Positions 48,301 to 59,025 of a DNA stretch of 63,865 bases are shown here, one piece after another. The stretch spans positions 186,136 to 250,000 of the forward strand of contig MU063499.1 in assembly GCA_013265495.1 (NCBI GenBank), written 5' to 3'. Under the pieces are notes generated by a model. It was not told where the DNA came from and searched no databases. It saw only the letters and a list, made by a program, of their open reading frames with translations. The DNA is from Vicugna vicugna (taxonomy: Eukaryota). The position numbers and the translations under genes are program-made. Numbering within the stretch: the first letter of the stretch is position 1; each line of letters starts with the position of its first letter.

Positions 48301-51300
48301 ACTGGTCTCTTATCCATTCTGGAGCACGAACCCTCCCCCCAAACCATCCAGGTCACCAATCAAAGGCTCTCCCCAGCCCAAGCTCCACCTACGCGTGGTG
48401 ACAACAATGGAGACAGGTGCGCCCTCACGGTCCCCAACAAGTGCAGTCACTCGCACTGAGTAGCTGACTCCGCCTTCGAGGCCCCGAATTTCTGCGGAGT
48501 CTGTATTTCCTGGGAGCATCTGCTCTCTTGTGGGGCCACCTAGCCAAGTGAGCATAGGGCAACGGTCAGGGGTAGGGATGGTTGACCAGAGCAGGCAATG
48601 CCAGCCAGGAAGGGCAAGGGCAGGGTCAGGGAATCATACCCTCGCTCCGGCCCCAGGCCAGTCTGTAGGCTGTGGCTCCAGTGACCCCCACCCAGGTGAT
48701 CCGCAGAACATCACTGGAAGCATTGATGATCTGTAGCTTTGACACACTGCCCACAGGCTGAGGGTCTGGAAGCAGAGGCAGGGTAAGAGGTCAGGGACCA
48801 CTGGATGGCTGGCAGAGAATAGGGTGGCAGTACAGGCACAGTCAGTGCAAGGAGGTCTGAAGGTCAGTGTGAGGTTAGTCTGGACAGGTTAGTCAGTGTA
48901 GGCAACTCCTGAAAGGGAGAAGTTCAGTGCCTCGGTGTGGTCAGTGTGGAGCAGCCAGTAAGTCACTGTGGGTGGACACCTATTCATTGTTGGGTAGGTC
49001 ATTGTGGGAAGATTATTCATGGGAAGAGCTCTGATGAAGTGATGAAGTGGGCTGCAGGAGCAGTCAGGAATACATAGCAGGACAGAGTAGCCAATGAGAT
49101 GTGGTTGGCAGCAGGCCAGAGTCCACTCACCAGTCCTCACAACCACAGAGGCAGGGGTCCCATCCACACCAGCCGCATGGGCCCACACACGCACCGTGTA
49201 CTCCGTATCTGGCTCCAGCCCATCCACTTCAGCCAACGTGGCCTCCCCAGAAACCAACTGGGATTTCTCTGGGCCTGGGAGTAAGGATAGAGTCAGCTCT
49301 AGGGCTAGCCAGACTCTGCCTCCCAATGCCCCACCTGGACCCCTAAGAAAGAAATCCCTGCTCCCATTCCACCCAGACCTGCCCCTTACAACCCTCCAAA
49401 ACTTCTGGTCCCTTCCAAAACCCCTGCCCCACCGTGGCCTGGCTGCCAGGAGATCCTGTATCCTGTGGCACCAGGAACCCTATTCCAGGTGATGGTGACA
49501 GATGAGCTGCTGGCTTGAGTCACATGGACTGTCTTCACTGGGCCCAGTGGGTCTGAGGGGGAGAGGCAATGGGGAGTCCAATGGACGAGGCAGTGAGGGT
49601 CTGATGGTGGAGGTACTGGGGACTATCTAATAGGGGAAGGCAAATGGAGTCTAACAGAAGCCAGGGATTTGATAGGGGAGGCAGTGAATGGGTCAGATGA
49701 GGGAAGAAGTAAGGGTTCTGACTGAGGAGATAATGGAAATCTGAGGTGGCAGGTGAGAGAAATCTGAGAGACAAGAAGGTCTAACAGAGAAGGTAACAGG
49801 GTTCCAATGGAGGTATTAGGAATCAGTGAGGGGATCTACCAAAAGAGAAAGTGCGAGTCTGAGAGTCAGGTCCAGCAGAAAAGGCAGTGGGGGTCTGAGA
49901 GATGACATAGTGGAAATCCGAGGGCAAGGAGAGGGGGGTCTTAGGGGAAGCTGAAGAAGGTAGAGGCTTGAGAGGAGGCGAGGAGACAGAAGAGGGAAGC
50001 AGGGCCTCCTAGGGAGGAGGTGGTGAGGATCTAAAGGGGGAGATTGGAGTTCCGAGGAGAAGCAAGGGTCTGAGAGGGAAGGCATGAGGGTCTAGAGGGG
50101 CACTGGAGGTAGAAAGCCCTGACCAGTTCGAGCCACGATGACTGCAGCAGGGCCCTCCTCTCTCCCTCGCAGTGCTGACACAGCCACCTGGTAGGAGGTT
50201 CCAGGCCTCAGCCCCATGATATCTGTGGCTGTAGACTCTGGGGGTAATGTCTGGCTGGACTCCAGACCTAGGATCAGAGAGAAATGTTGGCATGGCTCCT
50301 GCCTGCTCCCTCGGTCCCCTGCCCGCACACCCTGCTGGTTCCCCTCAGTAACCTTCCCATACACCCCACACTGACCACTGTCTGTTCTCCAGCTAATCCG
50401 AAACCCACTGGCTCCAGGAACAGGTCCCCAGGCCACCCTCACTCGTGTTGCATCTGATGCCACAACCCGAAGCCCTGGGATGGCAAGTGGGGTTTCTGGT
50501 TCTGGGAGTTAAAGACAGAGGTCAGGGATCAAAATCAGAGCCAGAGTGAGTCAGACAGCAGTCCCCTACCCTCCTGCAGTGCTCACCTCGGCGGACAGTG
50601 AGGACGCTGGCAGCACCTTCACGGGTGCCCACTCGAGCCATCACCCGCACCATATAGCTCAGCCCAGCCCGGACGTCATCCAAGTCAAAGGCTGTCTGAC
50701 TCCCAGGAAGCACCAGGGTCCGCTCAACCCCTGATGGAGAAGGGAGGGTAGGTGGGCAGGGATCAGTGAGAGACAGGGATGTGGGAGGAGGAGGCCAGTG
50801 ATAGACAGAGATACAAAGTGAAAAGAGTCAGTGAGGGATGGGACATGAGATGGAAAGGGTGAGAGAGAAGGACATGGGATAAAAGGAGTCAGTGATGGAC
50901 AGCGACACAGGCTACCGGGGCCAGTGATGAATGGGGACACACAACAACAGGGGTCAGTGGACAGGGATACAGATGTAGGATGAGAGAAGTCAGTGGACAG
51001 GTCATCAATAGACACTGATGTGGGGTGCTGGGTCAATAATGGATGAGGACATGGGATGAGAGGTCAGGGCGGACAGTAGTCAGGGCTAGAGTAATAGAAG
51101 GGCAGGGATTGACCTTATGATTACAGAGAAGGATGAAAGCCATGGAAAGGGATGGCTTTCCATGGAGATAGATTCAGGCAAGGACACGGCAGGCAGACAG
51201 TGTGACAGGTCTGGACTCAGCGCCATCTTGGCAGGCAAATGGACAAGGAGACAGGAGGAGGCTGCAGAGACCCAGGAGTGAAAAGAGGTGGATTGAGGGT

Positions 51301-54300
51301 GCAGTCAGTCCCTGAGGGCCAGAACTTCAGTGTGTGTATGGGTGCATGCTGTGTCCACCTCACCCTGGGTGCTGCGCACAGTGATGCGGTACTCGGTGGC
51401 ACTGGGAACTGGGCTCCAGGATACTCGCACCCGCTGCCCAGGCAGCTCAGTCGCCTGGAGGTCCGTCACTGGGCCCACAGGCATCTCTGACCCTGTTGGA
51501 GAGCACAGCGTGAGAGGCAGCCTGGGGTCCCTGTACCTTCCCCTCTCACTTGGCTGAGCCCCCAAAGCCCTCACCAGTGGGGACCACGGTTGCAGGCGTG
51601 GCCACCTCACGGCCCTCCAGCAGCGTGTAGAGAGTGAGGCGATATTCAGTGCCTGGCTGCAGCCCATCCAACTGGTAGCGGGTCACATCAGAGGGTAGTA
51701 CCACCTTCTGTGGCACCTCCAAGCCTACGAGATGATAGGGTCAGGTCAGCTGAGGCCAGGCCCCAACCCTGCCTGGCCACCCCTCCCTCCTGCACTGACC
51801 ACTCTCACGTCGCCACTCCAGCCGGTAGCCACGGGCCTCAGGCACCAAGTTCCAGGAAAGAAGGATGGATGTGGGGCCCAGGATGACTGCACGCAGGGTC
51901 TGCTCAACGGAAGTGTCTACCCAGGGTACAGGGGACTTCAGTGGCCTCTATGCCCTGCCTGTCTGCCCACCCAGCCTGAAGAAAGCACCCAGTCCTCTTA
52001 CCAGTGCGGGCAGTCAGGGAGGTGGCAGGCCCCATGCTACGGCCAAGCAGGGCACTCACAGTCACCTCATAGTCTGTGCCAGGCTCCAGGTCACGCAGCA
52101 ACACTGACCCCTGCCCAGGGCCCAGCTCCTGCTGCTGCGTGGCCCCACCTGCACAGGGGGTGGGCACAGAAGGATTAGTGGGTTTTGTAGACTCAGGAGC
52201 CTACAATCCTGTCTGTGGTACAGGGACTCCCTTCAGCCCACATCTCTCACTCACCACTGAGGACCCGCCATGTCACACGGTAGCCAGTGGCACCTGGCAC
52301 AGTCCGCCAGGTCACCAAGAGGCTGTGGGCTGTGGTGTTCTGGATGGTCAACTCCGGCCCCTCCAGGGCAGCTAAGGGAAGGTCCCATCAGGGATTAGTG
52401 AGCCCAGAGTGGGGACGGGTTACTGGGACGGGTGGTTAGGTGAGTGGGGTCAGAAGTTAGCAGAATTGCTCACTGGTCCGAGCTGTCCCGCTCACGGCCT
52501 CCCCGATGCTGTTGGCGTAGAGGGCAACCACAGTCACTTGGTACTCAGTCAGGGGCCGGAGACCCTGCAGCCGCACGTTGGTCTCACCAGCTGAGACGCT
52601 CACCTGCCCAGGATCAGAGGTCACTTCCCTTTGTCCAGCTAAGTCCCCAGTCCTCCACCTACCACTCCTGACAGCCTTACCTCCCGCCGCTCACTTGACA
52701 CTGGCTGTCCCAGCCCTGTCAAAGGCGCATACTGGACCTTGTAGCCGGTCACAGGGCCACTAGCCGCTGTCCACTGTACTCTCAAGGATTGACTGCCTGG
52801 CTCAGACAGCACCAGGTCTCGTGGACCTGAGGTCAAGACTTCGGCTGGGAAAGGAGTCAATCAGTCAGTCAGGCAAGAGGACCAGGGATCAGCACTTATG
52901 GTGCAGCTTTAGGGGTCAAGGGTGAGGAGCACGAGGTCAGGCCAGCACTTCCAGGGCAGGGTCAGAGGAGAGCGCCTCTGGCTTGCTATCAGGAGTACAT
53001 GGGATGGAATCAGCACTCCCAGGTTGGGGTTCAGGTCAAGGTCTAGGCCAGGGCACACAAGGTGGGCAGGAACTCACGGGGCAGGGTCACAGGCACACCA
53101 CCAGCAGTCGTGCACACCCTCCGAGAAACGAGAGGCAATAGCGTCCTCAGGATGCTGAAATCATTGACGAAGAAGAAGAAATCGCTGGTCGGCTGTGAGG
53201 CGATTCGCTTCAGCTCCTCGGGGTCAGCATTCTTGATCCCTGAGGTGATGCCCAGTCAGGACTCAGTTGCCCACATGCCTTCTGACTGGTCCCTGCCCCA
53301 ACCGACCTGTCACTTCAGCTTGGTACTCACCCACAGCAAACAGCTTGATCCCCTGCCCCTTCAGCCTCTGGGCCGCAGTGTCCACCAGGTCCTGGGACTT
53401 CCCATCTGTGATGAGGATGCAGACCTGGAGCAGGTGCAGGGTCAATTCAGGGCTGCCTCAGACACAACTTGGGGATCACCTTGGGAGGCATGGTAGGGTG
53501 AGAGATCACCTTGGGGACACCAGGTCGAGCCAGCTGGGGCTGGAAGACATGGTCAGCCACGTGGAGAATCGCAGCCCCTGTGCGTGTGTTGCCTCCCTTG
53601 TAGCTGAGCTCACGGATGGCACGGATCACATCACTTCCTGAGCCAAGCGCATCCAGGCCAAACTCTGTCCTGTGGGGAGGAGGGTGGCAACAGGCTAGGG
53701 ACAAGGACTTTTCTGGTCCTGGCCTCTAGGAGGCCTCTGGGGTGAGGGTTGTATCAGGCCCTCTTGAAGGTCCTCTTGGTTCTGTGATTCCTGTCCTCCA
53801 CCTCTGAAGCCCCCAAGTTAACAAACTCCCTAGGTGCCCCTCTGTGTCCTGCCTGTGGCTGGGCCTGGGCAGGCCTAGAGCCCTTGAGGCTCCCAGGCTC
53901 AGGGCCCAGGATGTCTGGTTAATTAAATAATGGTAGGAGAAAGGGTCCCATTGTAGGGAGGTGGACACTGGCCAGACAGGGAGGCCCTTTGCTAAGTGAG
54001 AGGCTGAAGGGATCAGGAGGCTAAAACATGGAGAGTCCCGCAGAAACAGAGCATCTGAAGCCCCTGGGCTCCCCAGTAGCCTCTCCATCTCCAGATCAGA
54101 AAACATAGCCCCCGTCTTTGGCACAGCACTAGTCTAAAGAGGTCTCAGATATGAGGGCTCTACTTAGGAGATTCCTGCTTCTGTCTTAAGAGGAGGTCCT
54201 GCCTGGAGTGGGTGGGGGTGGGCCTCTGGGTTCCCCAGATAGACTAGGGGTTTTTGGACTCTGCTTCTGTCTGAAGGAGGGGTCCTGGTGAGATCTCTGG

Positions 54301-55059
54301 CTCCCTAGCTCTGGGAATCCACTCACCGTGGGTCATCGCTGTACTGCACGGCAGCAAAGCGCACACCCTGTGCACCGGCTGCCCCAGAGAAGGGCAGCAC
54401 CAGCCCCTCAAGGAAAGCGCGCACTTCACGGAAGTTGCTGCGACCGATGGATGAGGAGCCATCGAGTAGGAACACGATGTCAGCAGCATAAAGGCTCGTG
54501 CAGGTCACTGGGGCAGGGAAAAGCAATCACGATTTCTTCTTGGAGCCCACTCACCCACTCCCCTCACTGTGGTCCCCTGGGGCTGGGGAGAGGAGAGTAG
54601 GCTTCATCTGCTCTGCAAAACAGCCCAGGCTGGCTTGGGCCTGAGAGCCCTGGAGGGAGCTGAGGTGGAGCTCAGAGGCAACTCTCCCGCGGAGCGGAGG
54701 ACTGGTGGGGAGGAAGAGTCGCGGTGCGGGTGTGGGTCTGGGGATCTGGGACTGAGGCTGGCCTCAGGGGACAGCGTGGACTGACATAGGGGACTCACGC
54801 ATAACTGGATACAGTTTGGGAGATGCAGCAGGGTTTAGGGAGTCCCAGGAGAGTCAGGAGAAATACACACAGGGTCGCAGAGGGGTGGGGAGCAGGATCC
54901 AGGATGAAGGGGGAATAGAGCTGTGGGTGACAGGGGGCAGTGCCTTGGATGAGGTCCTTCCCTGCCCTGCTCACCTCTCTCTCGGTGCTGGGCCCGCACT
55001 CGGGGCGCCCTTGCCAAGATTCCGGCGCAGAGCGCAGCCACCAGGAGCCGCAGCCTCAT
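25579..55059 (-). CDS. COL7A1: Collagen alpha-1(VII) chain, complete CDS in 118 coding exons (8808 nt, 2935 aa)
   Basis: Starts [16 protein letters not shown]; vWA, 9 x FNIII, vWA, long Gly-X-Y domain with hinge, NC2 and Kunitz; ends GAARS-stop. Exon lengths sum to 8808 with no frameshift or internal stop. Donors are GT except GC at introns 47 and 103. Exon coordinates are in the block features. Confidence 0.99.
27495..36195 (-). CDS. COL7A1: COL7A1 exons 73-112: C-terminal half of the triple helix
   Basis: 73:35995-36195, 74:35862-35897, 75:35730-35783, 76:35477-35545, 77:35356-35400, 78:35180-35242, 79:34987-35031, 80:34600-34635, 81:34446-34481, 82:34261-34305, 83:34010-34042, 84:33868-33930, 85:33745-33780, 86:33580-33660, 87:33387-33455, 88:33208-33243, 89:33090-33131, 90:32889-32933, 91:32763-32807, 92:32441-32476, 93:32298-32357, 94:32049-32156, 95:31803-31874, 96:31636-31671, 97:31416-31475, 98:31250-31294, 99:30981-31016, 100:30834-30869, 101:30698-30754, 102:30479-30550, 103:29879-29950, 104:29599-29634, 105:29217-29297, 106:28927-28980, 107:28785-28838, 108:28648-28710, 109:28131-28193, 110:27910-28026, 111:27646-27723, 112:27495-27548. 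Confidence 0.96.
36275..36563 (-). CDS. COL7A1: COL7A1 exons 71-72: central non-helical hinge
   Basis: 71:36528-36563 ([12 protein letters not shown]), 72:36275-36397 ([32 protein letters not shown]...). Confidence 0.96.
36896..45699 (-). CDS. COL7A1: COL7A1 exons 29-70: N-terminal half of the triple helix
   Basis: 29:45673-45699, 30:45533-45577, 31:45397-45459, 32:44903-44974, 33:44775-44810, 34:44598-44633, 35:44291-44362, 36:44105-44182, 37:43822-43848, 38:43691-43741, 39:43487-43549, 40:43339-43398, 41:43187-43222, 42:42943-42987, 43:42828-42863, 44:42430-42474, 45:42311-42346, 46:42148-42180, 47:41765-41797, 48:41552-41605, 49:41416-41475, 50:41291-41326, 51:41113-41193, 52:40977-41012, 53:40735-40779, 54:40458-40529, 55:40175-40219, 56:39899-39925, 57:39663-39692, 58:39451-39531, 59:39340-39375, 60:39230-39265, 61:39061-39141, 62:38591-38626, 63:38136-38198, 64:38006-38050, 65:37626-37661, 66:37518-37553, 67:37310-37405, 68:37171-37206, 69:37048-37083, 70:36896-36943. 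Confidence 0.96.
38574..38649 (-). ncRNA. MIR711: microRNA precursor mir-711 spanning intron 61, exon 62 and intron 62 of COL7A1
   Basis: Mature-like GGGACCCAGGGAGAGACGTAAG at 38586-38607 equals recalled hsa-miR-711; the 5' arm CTTTGAGTCTCTCCTCAGGGT pairs with ACCC-AGGGAGAGAC-GT-AAG. Confidence 0.8.
38809..38979 (+). mobile_element. Second tRNA(Ala)-derived Vic-1-like SINE, in COL7A1 intron 61
   Basis: GGGTACAGCTCAAATGGTAGAGCGTTTGCTTAGCATGCACAAGGTCCTAGGTTCAATCCCCAG, AATAAA repeats, AAACCTAATTACC body, two A-runs. Confidence 0.88.
45784..46969 (-). CDS. COL7A1: COL7A1 exons 24-28: second vWA domain and Cys/Pro-rich linker
   Basis: 24:46833-46969, 25:46423-46549, 26:46191-46337 (contains LRGD), 27:45931-46103, 28:45784-45819. 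Confidence 0.96.
47051..52844 (-). CDS. COL7A1: COL7A1 exons 6-23: nine fibronectin type III repeats
   Basis: 6:52681-52844, 7:52474-52603, 8:52255-52371, 9:52002-52148, 10:51800-51916, 11:51575-51724, 12:51364-51492, 13:50587-50730, 14:50376-50501, 15:50124-50267, 16:49433-49552, 17:49131-49274, 18:48640-48765, 19:48393-48539, 20:47998-48120, 21:47634-47780, 22:47283-47417, 23:47051-47197; two exons per repeat with W...GY...L.P.T.Y motifs. Confidence 0.96.
48262..48290. repeat. Poly(C)29 homopolymer (G29 in the pre-mRNA), COL7A1 intron 19
   Basis: 29 consecutive C on the plus strand. Confidence 0.9.
50760..51000. repeat. Degenerate ~32-bp minisatellite in COL7A1 intron 12
   Basis: (G/A/C)(T/C)CAGTG recurs near 50762, 50794, 50827, 50888, 50920, 50953 and 50989. 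Confidence 0.65.
53078..55059 (-). CDS. COL7A1: COL7A1 exons 1-5: signal peptide and first vWA domain
   Basis: 1:54975-55059, 2:54327-54507 ([16 protein letters not shown]-like motif), 3:53510-53669, 4:53331-53424, 5:53078-53239. Confidence 0.97.
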
Positions 55060-55159
55060 CCTAGGTGAGGGAAACAGTCAGCCAGGACTCCCGCCTCTCC
55101 CTCAGACTTGGTGGGGTCAAGCCCAGTGCTCTCCCAACCCCCCAGTCTCGGTCTTGCCT

Positions 55160-55620
55160 GCTGATCCGCTGGCTCCCGCTGCCGTAGTCCCGCCGCCACA
55201 GCAGAGAAAAGTCCCTGATCCCTTGGGGGCGGAGCAGCGGGCGGGGACCCAGGCGGCCCACCCCCACCCCTCACCCCGTCCCAAAGGTTGCCGCCCCTGC
55301 CACCCCTCCCAGGGACAGATGATTTGATTCCACTTAAGTGTAAAGTATCCCCAACTCCTGCGGTTTCTGGGATTCCCCAGGAAGGTTCTCTACAGATAGA
55401 TGATGAGAGAGCCCTTTCCAACCCCTTCTAGGGTCAGAGAACTTAGTTGCTGTAGGTCATAGACTAGGAGTGACTGCTGGGGACTAGACTTTGGATAGGT
55501 TCCAGGGGATCAAAGATGTAGCACGAAGTCGGTGGGGGGAAGCTGCAGCTGGAGATGACTCACCCCCCCCCAACACCCCCCACCACTCTGTGCCCAGACA
55601 AGCCCTCAGGCCATAAGTCC
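55160..55620 (-). promoter_or_regulatory. COL7A1: COL7A1 TATA-less GC-rich promoter
   Basis: CpG-rich 55160-55310 with GC/GT boxes; kappa-B-like GGGATTCCCC at 55369-55378; AP-1 TGACTCA at 55556-55562; CAGAC at 55595-55599. Confidence 0.65.
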
Positions 55621-56828
55621 CGCCGGGCCTCTCCTGTGATTCAGCCATCCCTGTCTGTTGGTTCTCCTGTGTCTCATCCCAGTCCCCTCAATGGGCCTAA
55701 CAGTCCCCAGCAAATGAGGGGCTCTGGGCTCATCCAGGGAGAGCAAGGGACCACTGGGCTGCATCCAAGTAATGCCCATTCCCACTCTGGAAGAGGAAGC
55801 CAGGAGGAGAGAATCTGTGTCATGCTTATGCATACTTGTCCATCTCAGTGTCCGGCACCCCCTACTCTGCCCTGAATCAGCTCCAGGCGGATGCCATCCA
55901 GCTGTGCTTGCAGGGAGGGGTTATCCACGTGTGGAGAGTAGACCACCCACAGTGACAGCTCATCTCTCAGGAATCCACCCCTTCCTGTCTGCACCCCCAT
56001 GGGTGAGCCTGTCCTGCTCCAGACAGGCCCCCCTACCTACACATCCTCATTCTGGTCCTCCAGTCTCCTCCTTCAACCTACTCTTCTTAAAGACCCCCTT
56101 CCACCTATCATCTTCATCCTGAGCCCTTCCCTTCCCTCCTAGCTGCCCTCACAGTCCACCTGAGCTTCCACCTTCATAACCTTTAACCAGCCTGACTTCA
56201 CACCTGTCTCCCTCAGCTTGCTTCTGATTACGGACAGTCCCCTCAACAAATCCCCAGGCCAGGGACACTATCCTGAGTAGGTCAGTCTTTGTATAGACAT
56301 ATGCGTTCATTATAGGGGTTGATACTAAAGCACAGAGACACTCCCAAGAGCATGGCGCCCATTCTTTCTTTCTGCCACTCCTGGATTAACTCTGGGAAGC
56401 CCGGAGAATAAATACATCTACCTTCACCACTGCCACCAGGCCCCTTCCAACATGCCTAACCCCTCTGCCTCCCCTGGGGCCCCACAGGCTTATGAGGGAG
56501 AAATGGGGATGGTATCTGTTAAACTTGTCTCCCCTAGACTCCTCCAGGGACTGAGATCTCCGACTTATGGCCAGAGTTGGGGTCAGTGATGACCATCCAT
56601 GCTTCCTTGTCATTATCCAGAAGGCTGGAGCCACAGGAACAGCCCCAGGTTATCATGGGATACAGCACTGTGATCCATAGGGCCCAGAACCTTTGTCCAA
56701 GGTCAAGGGCTCCTCAGGCATGTCCCAGGAATCCCTCACCCCTTGAAGGTGTCCTACAGGTGAGGGCTGCAGAGACCAGACAAGCCCTCTTAACAGAGGC
56801 AGCCTGAGAGCTAGCATATGCAGCGTGG

Positions 56829-56852
56829 ACACACACACACACACACACACAC
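56829..56852 (+). repeat. (AC)12 microsatellite
   Basis: Perfect dinucleotide run in the UQCRC1-COL7A1 spacer. Confidence 0.95.
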
Positions 56853-58912
56853 GTTTGGGTTCAGTCTTTAGGGGAGACTGGAGGCCAGCTGAGGTGTTCA
56901 GGCAAACTTCATCAGAGCCACGAGGGGCCCCAGAAAGAAAGGAAGGGCTGCCTGCCTTGGCGGGGGGGTCACTCGAAGAGTACTAGGAGAGGCTACTGGA
57001 GGTAGAAGCAGGGTTGACTGCATGTCTGGAGCTCCCGGGAGGCTCACAAGCAGGGCCGTGGTCCTCTGAGGCTCCCAGTTACAGCCTCCTGGCAGGCACA
57101 CAGCCTAGGACTCAGCCCCCTCCATTAGGGCAGTGGGGCCCTGAGCTTAGTCTTTCTCCCTCCCACACTCCCCTGCACATTTTTCTGGCTTCAGTCACTC
57201 CCTCTGCCAGATAGCACCATGTGTCACCAACTGGGGTCCCTTTTGGGGATTCCAGACCCACACATCCCACTGTCCCAGACATCTCCAAATTTCTCAGAAC
57301 TGTGGCCAAAGCTGGGCAAGTCTTCATCCTCCAACCTACCCACCCTGCCCCATGGTACCCTAGTCCTGCTGGGGATGTGGTCTTGCTCGGGTCCCTCGAA
57401 GCCTACTCCAGCTCTTCCTACAGCCTTGACAACTGCCCTGCTACAGCACAATTCACTGGGACATCACAGAAATACACACCGAGTTCCCATGCTAAATCTC
57501 AGCTTACCAAATCACTTCTCTTCCCAGTTATCTCTAGTGCACCTACCCCAACATGCTTCCAGAGTAAAGATCAAATTCTTGGTCTAGGTATGCAAGGTCT
57601 ATTAGGACCAGATCACCCCCAAGAGGTCAAGTGCTCTGTATCCAGCACACCTGTAGCCTTTAAGGGTCAGTCCTGGGCTTAACAGAAAAATCAAGCCCTG
57701 TCCTCCAGCTCAAACTTGAACTTGGGACAACAGACTTGGCACTTTGCTGTTCCCTCAGCCTGCATGTACTATCTCTACAAGCACCCAGGGGTGGGCCAGT
57801 CAGGGTTCTGCACTGTCCAGCAGCTTCTCTCCAGCTGGTCATAAAGTAGGCAGATGACCTGAGTCCCAGAGCCCTGGGTTCTAGAAAGCACTCGACGGTT
57901 ATTTCCTAATTGACAACCTGCGGCAACAAACGGGTGAAGGAAAAGCACTGGAGTGGGGTGGGAGTGAATCAAAGGTTGTTTTGGCTACTGCAAGGCTGGG
58001 ATGCTAACGGACTTCTGGGTAGCCCTCTTCCCAACAAACCTTATCCCAGAACCCTGTTCTTGACCGTCAGCAGCACCTCCATGTTAGGTGAATCGGGCCC
58101 CAGACTTCCAATCCCCCCGGGCTTCCCAGGGACTGCGGAAGGGTTGAGGGGTGCAGGAAGAGGGGCCTACCTGCCCATCTGCCTTGGGGACCAGAACCCA
58201 AAGGTGGCAGGGGCACTAGACAGCTGAGAGCTCCACCAGGTCCTGGCTGCCTCAGGGAGATGGGCCAGCAGCTCAGGACTTGTCTGGGACAGACTTAGTC
58301 AAGGGAGGGGGCTCAGGCCCCACTGAGCTCAGAGATATTCTTGGAGCCTGAGTCAGTGGCAAATCGAGGCAAAGGATTCTTGCCTTGCCTGTCTAGGCAG
58401 CAGTTAAAAACCAAATGGGAACACTATGCCCCAGGCTATCCTCCCAGAATCCAGAGTAAATATATGAAGGAGTCTTCCTCAGGGACAGTCCTTGGCCTCT
58501 CTTGGTCCATCTGGGGGACCAGAAACCACCAGAGGGTGACTGCACAGGACCCACAACAAGGGGGCTTCCTACCTGAACCCCCTGAGTTCCCAGGCTGGGA
58601 CCTATACCAGGGCAAAGGTCCCATGCAGTTCTCATGGACTCCCACACCCCACTCTTGGGACAGACTGGCTAGGAGCATCCGCCATGTGGCTAAGTGGAAA
58701 CAGCTGGCCTCAGCTCCCTGCAGGCATCAAAGGCTTCCGGCCTCCATGCAGCAGCCCCCACTCTTGCCCCTGGCTGAGGACACATCAGCCTGTGGGAAAG
58801 AGGAAGGATCCAGGAGACACAGAACGGGGAGAAGTCCCTGCTCCCCCATCCAGTGTCCAGTGGACTCTATGCCAACGCCAAGAGAGGGATAACGCAGTTC
58901 TCAACACAGGAC

Positions 58913-58918
58913 TTTATT
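58913..58918 (-). terminator. UQCRC1: UQCRC1 polyadenylation signal AATAAA
   Basis: CCAATAAAGTCC about 110 nt after the stop codon. Confidence 0.85.
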
Positions 58919-59025
58919 GGTGGTAATCCGCAGCACAGGTCTGGAGAGCCGAGGTGGTATGTTTGTTGTGGGGAGGGGGAACCGCGAACCCTGGCCCCGC
59001 CCTCTTGCCTGCACAGGCCTCCTGC

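Noticed and set aside
48766-48810. Alternative exon 18 acceptor adding 9 aa (recalled from human)
   Set aside because: No AG 27 nt upstream here; the nearest upstream AGs would add 35 or 43 nt, both out of frame
53471-53509. Duplicated donor CCCAAG|GTGATC 30 nt into intron 3 (in-frame +10 aa)
   Set aside because: Using it leaves a 55-nt intron, below the usual minimum; kept only as a curiosity
25579-55059. Possible missing exons or frameshifts in COL7A1 (pseudogenisation or mis-assembly)
   Set aside because: All 118 coding exons were found with valid splice sites, and all length differences from human are multiples of 3
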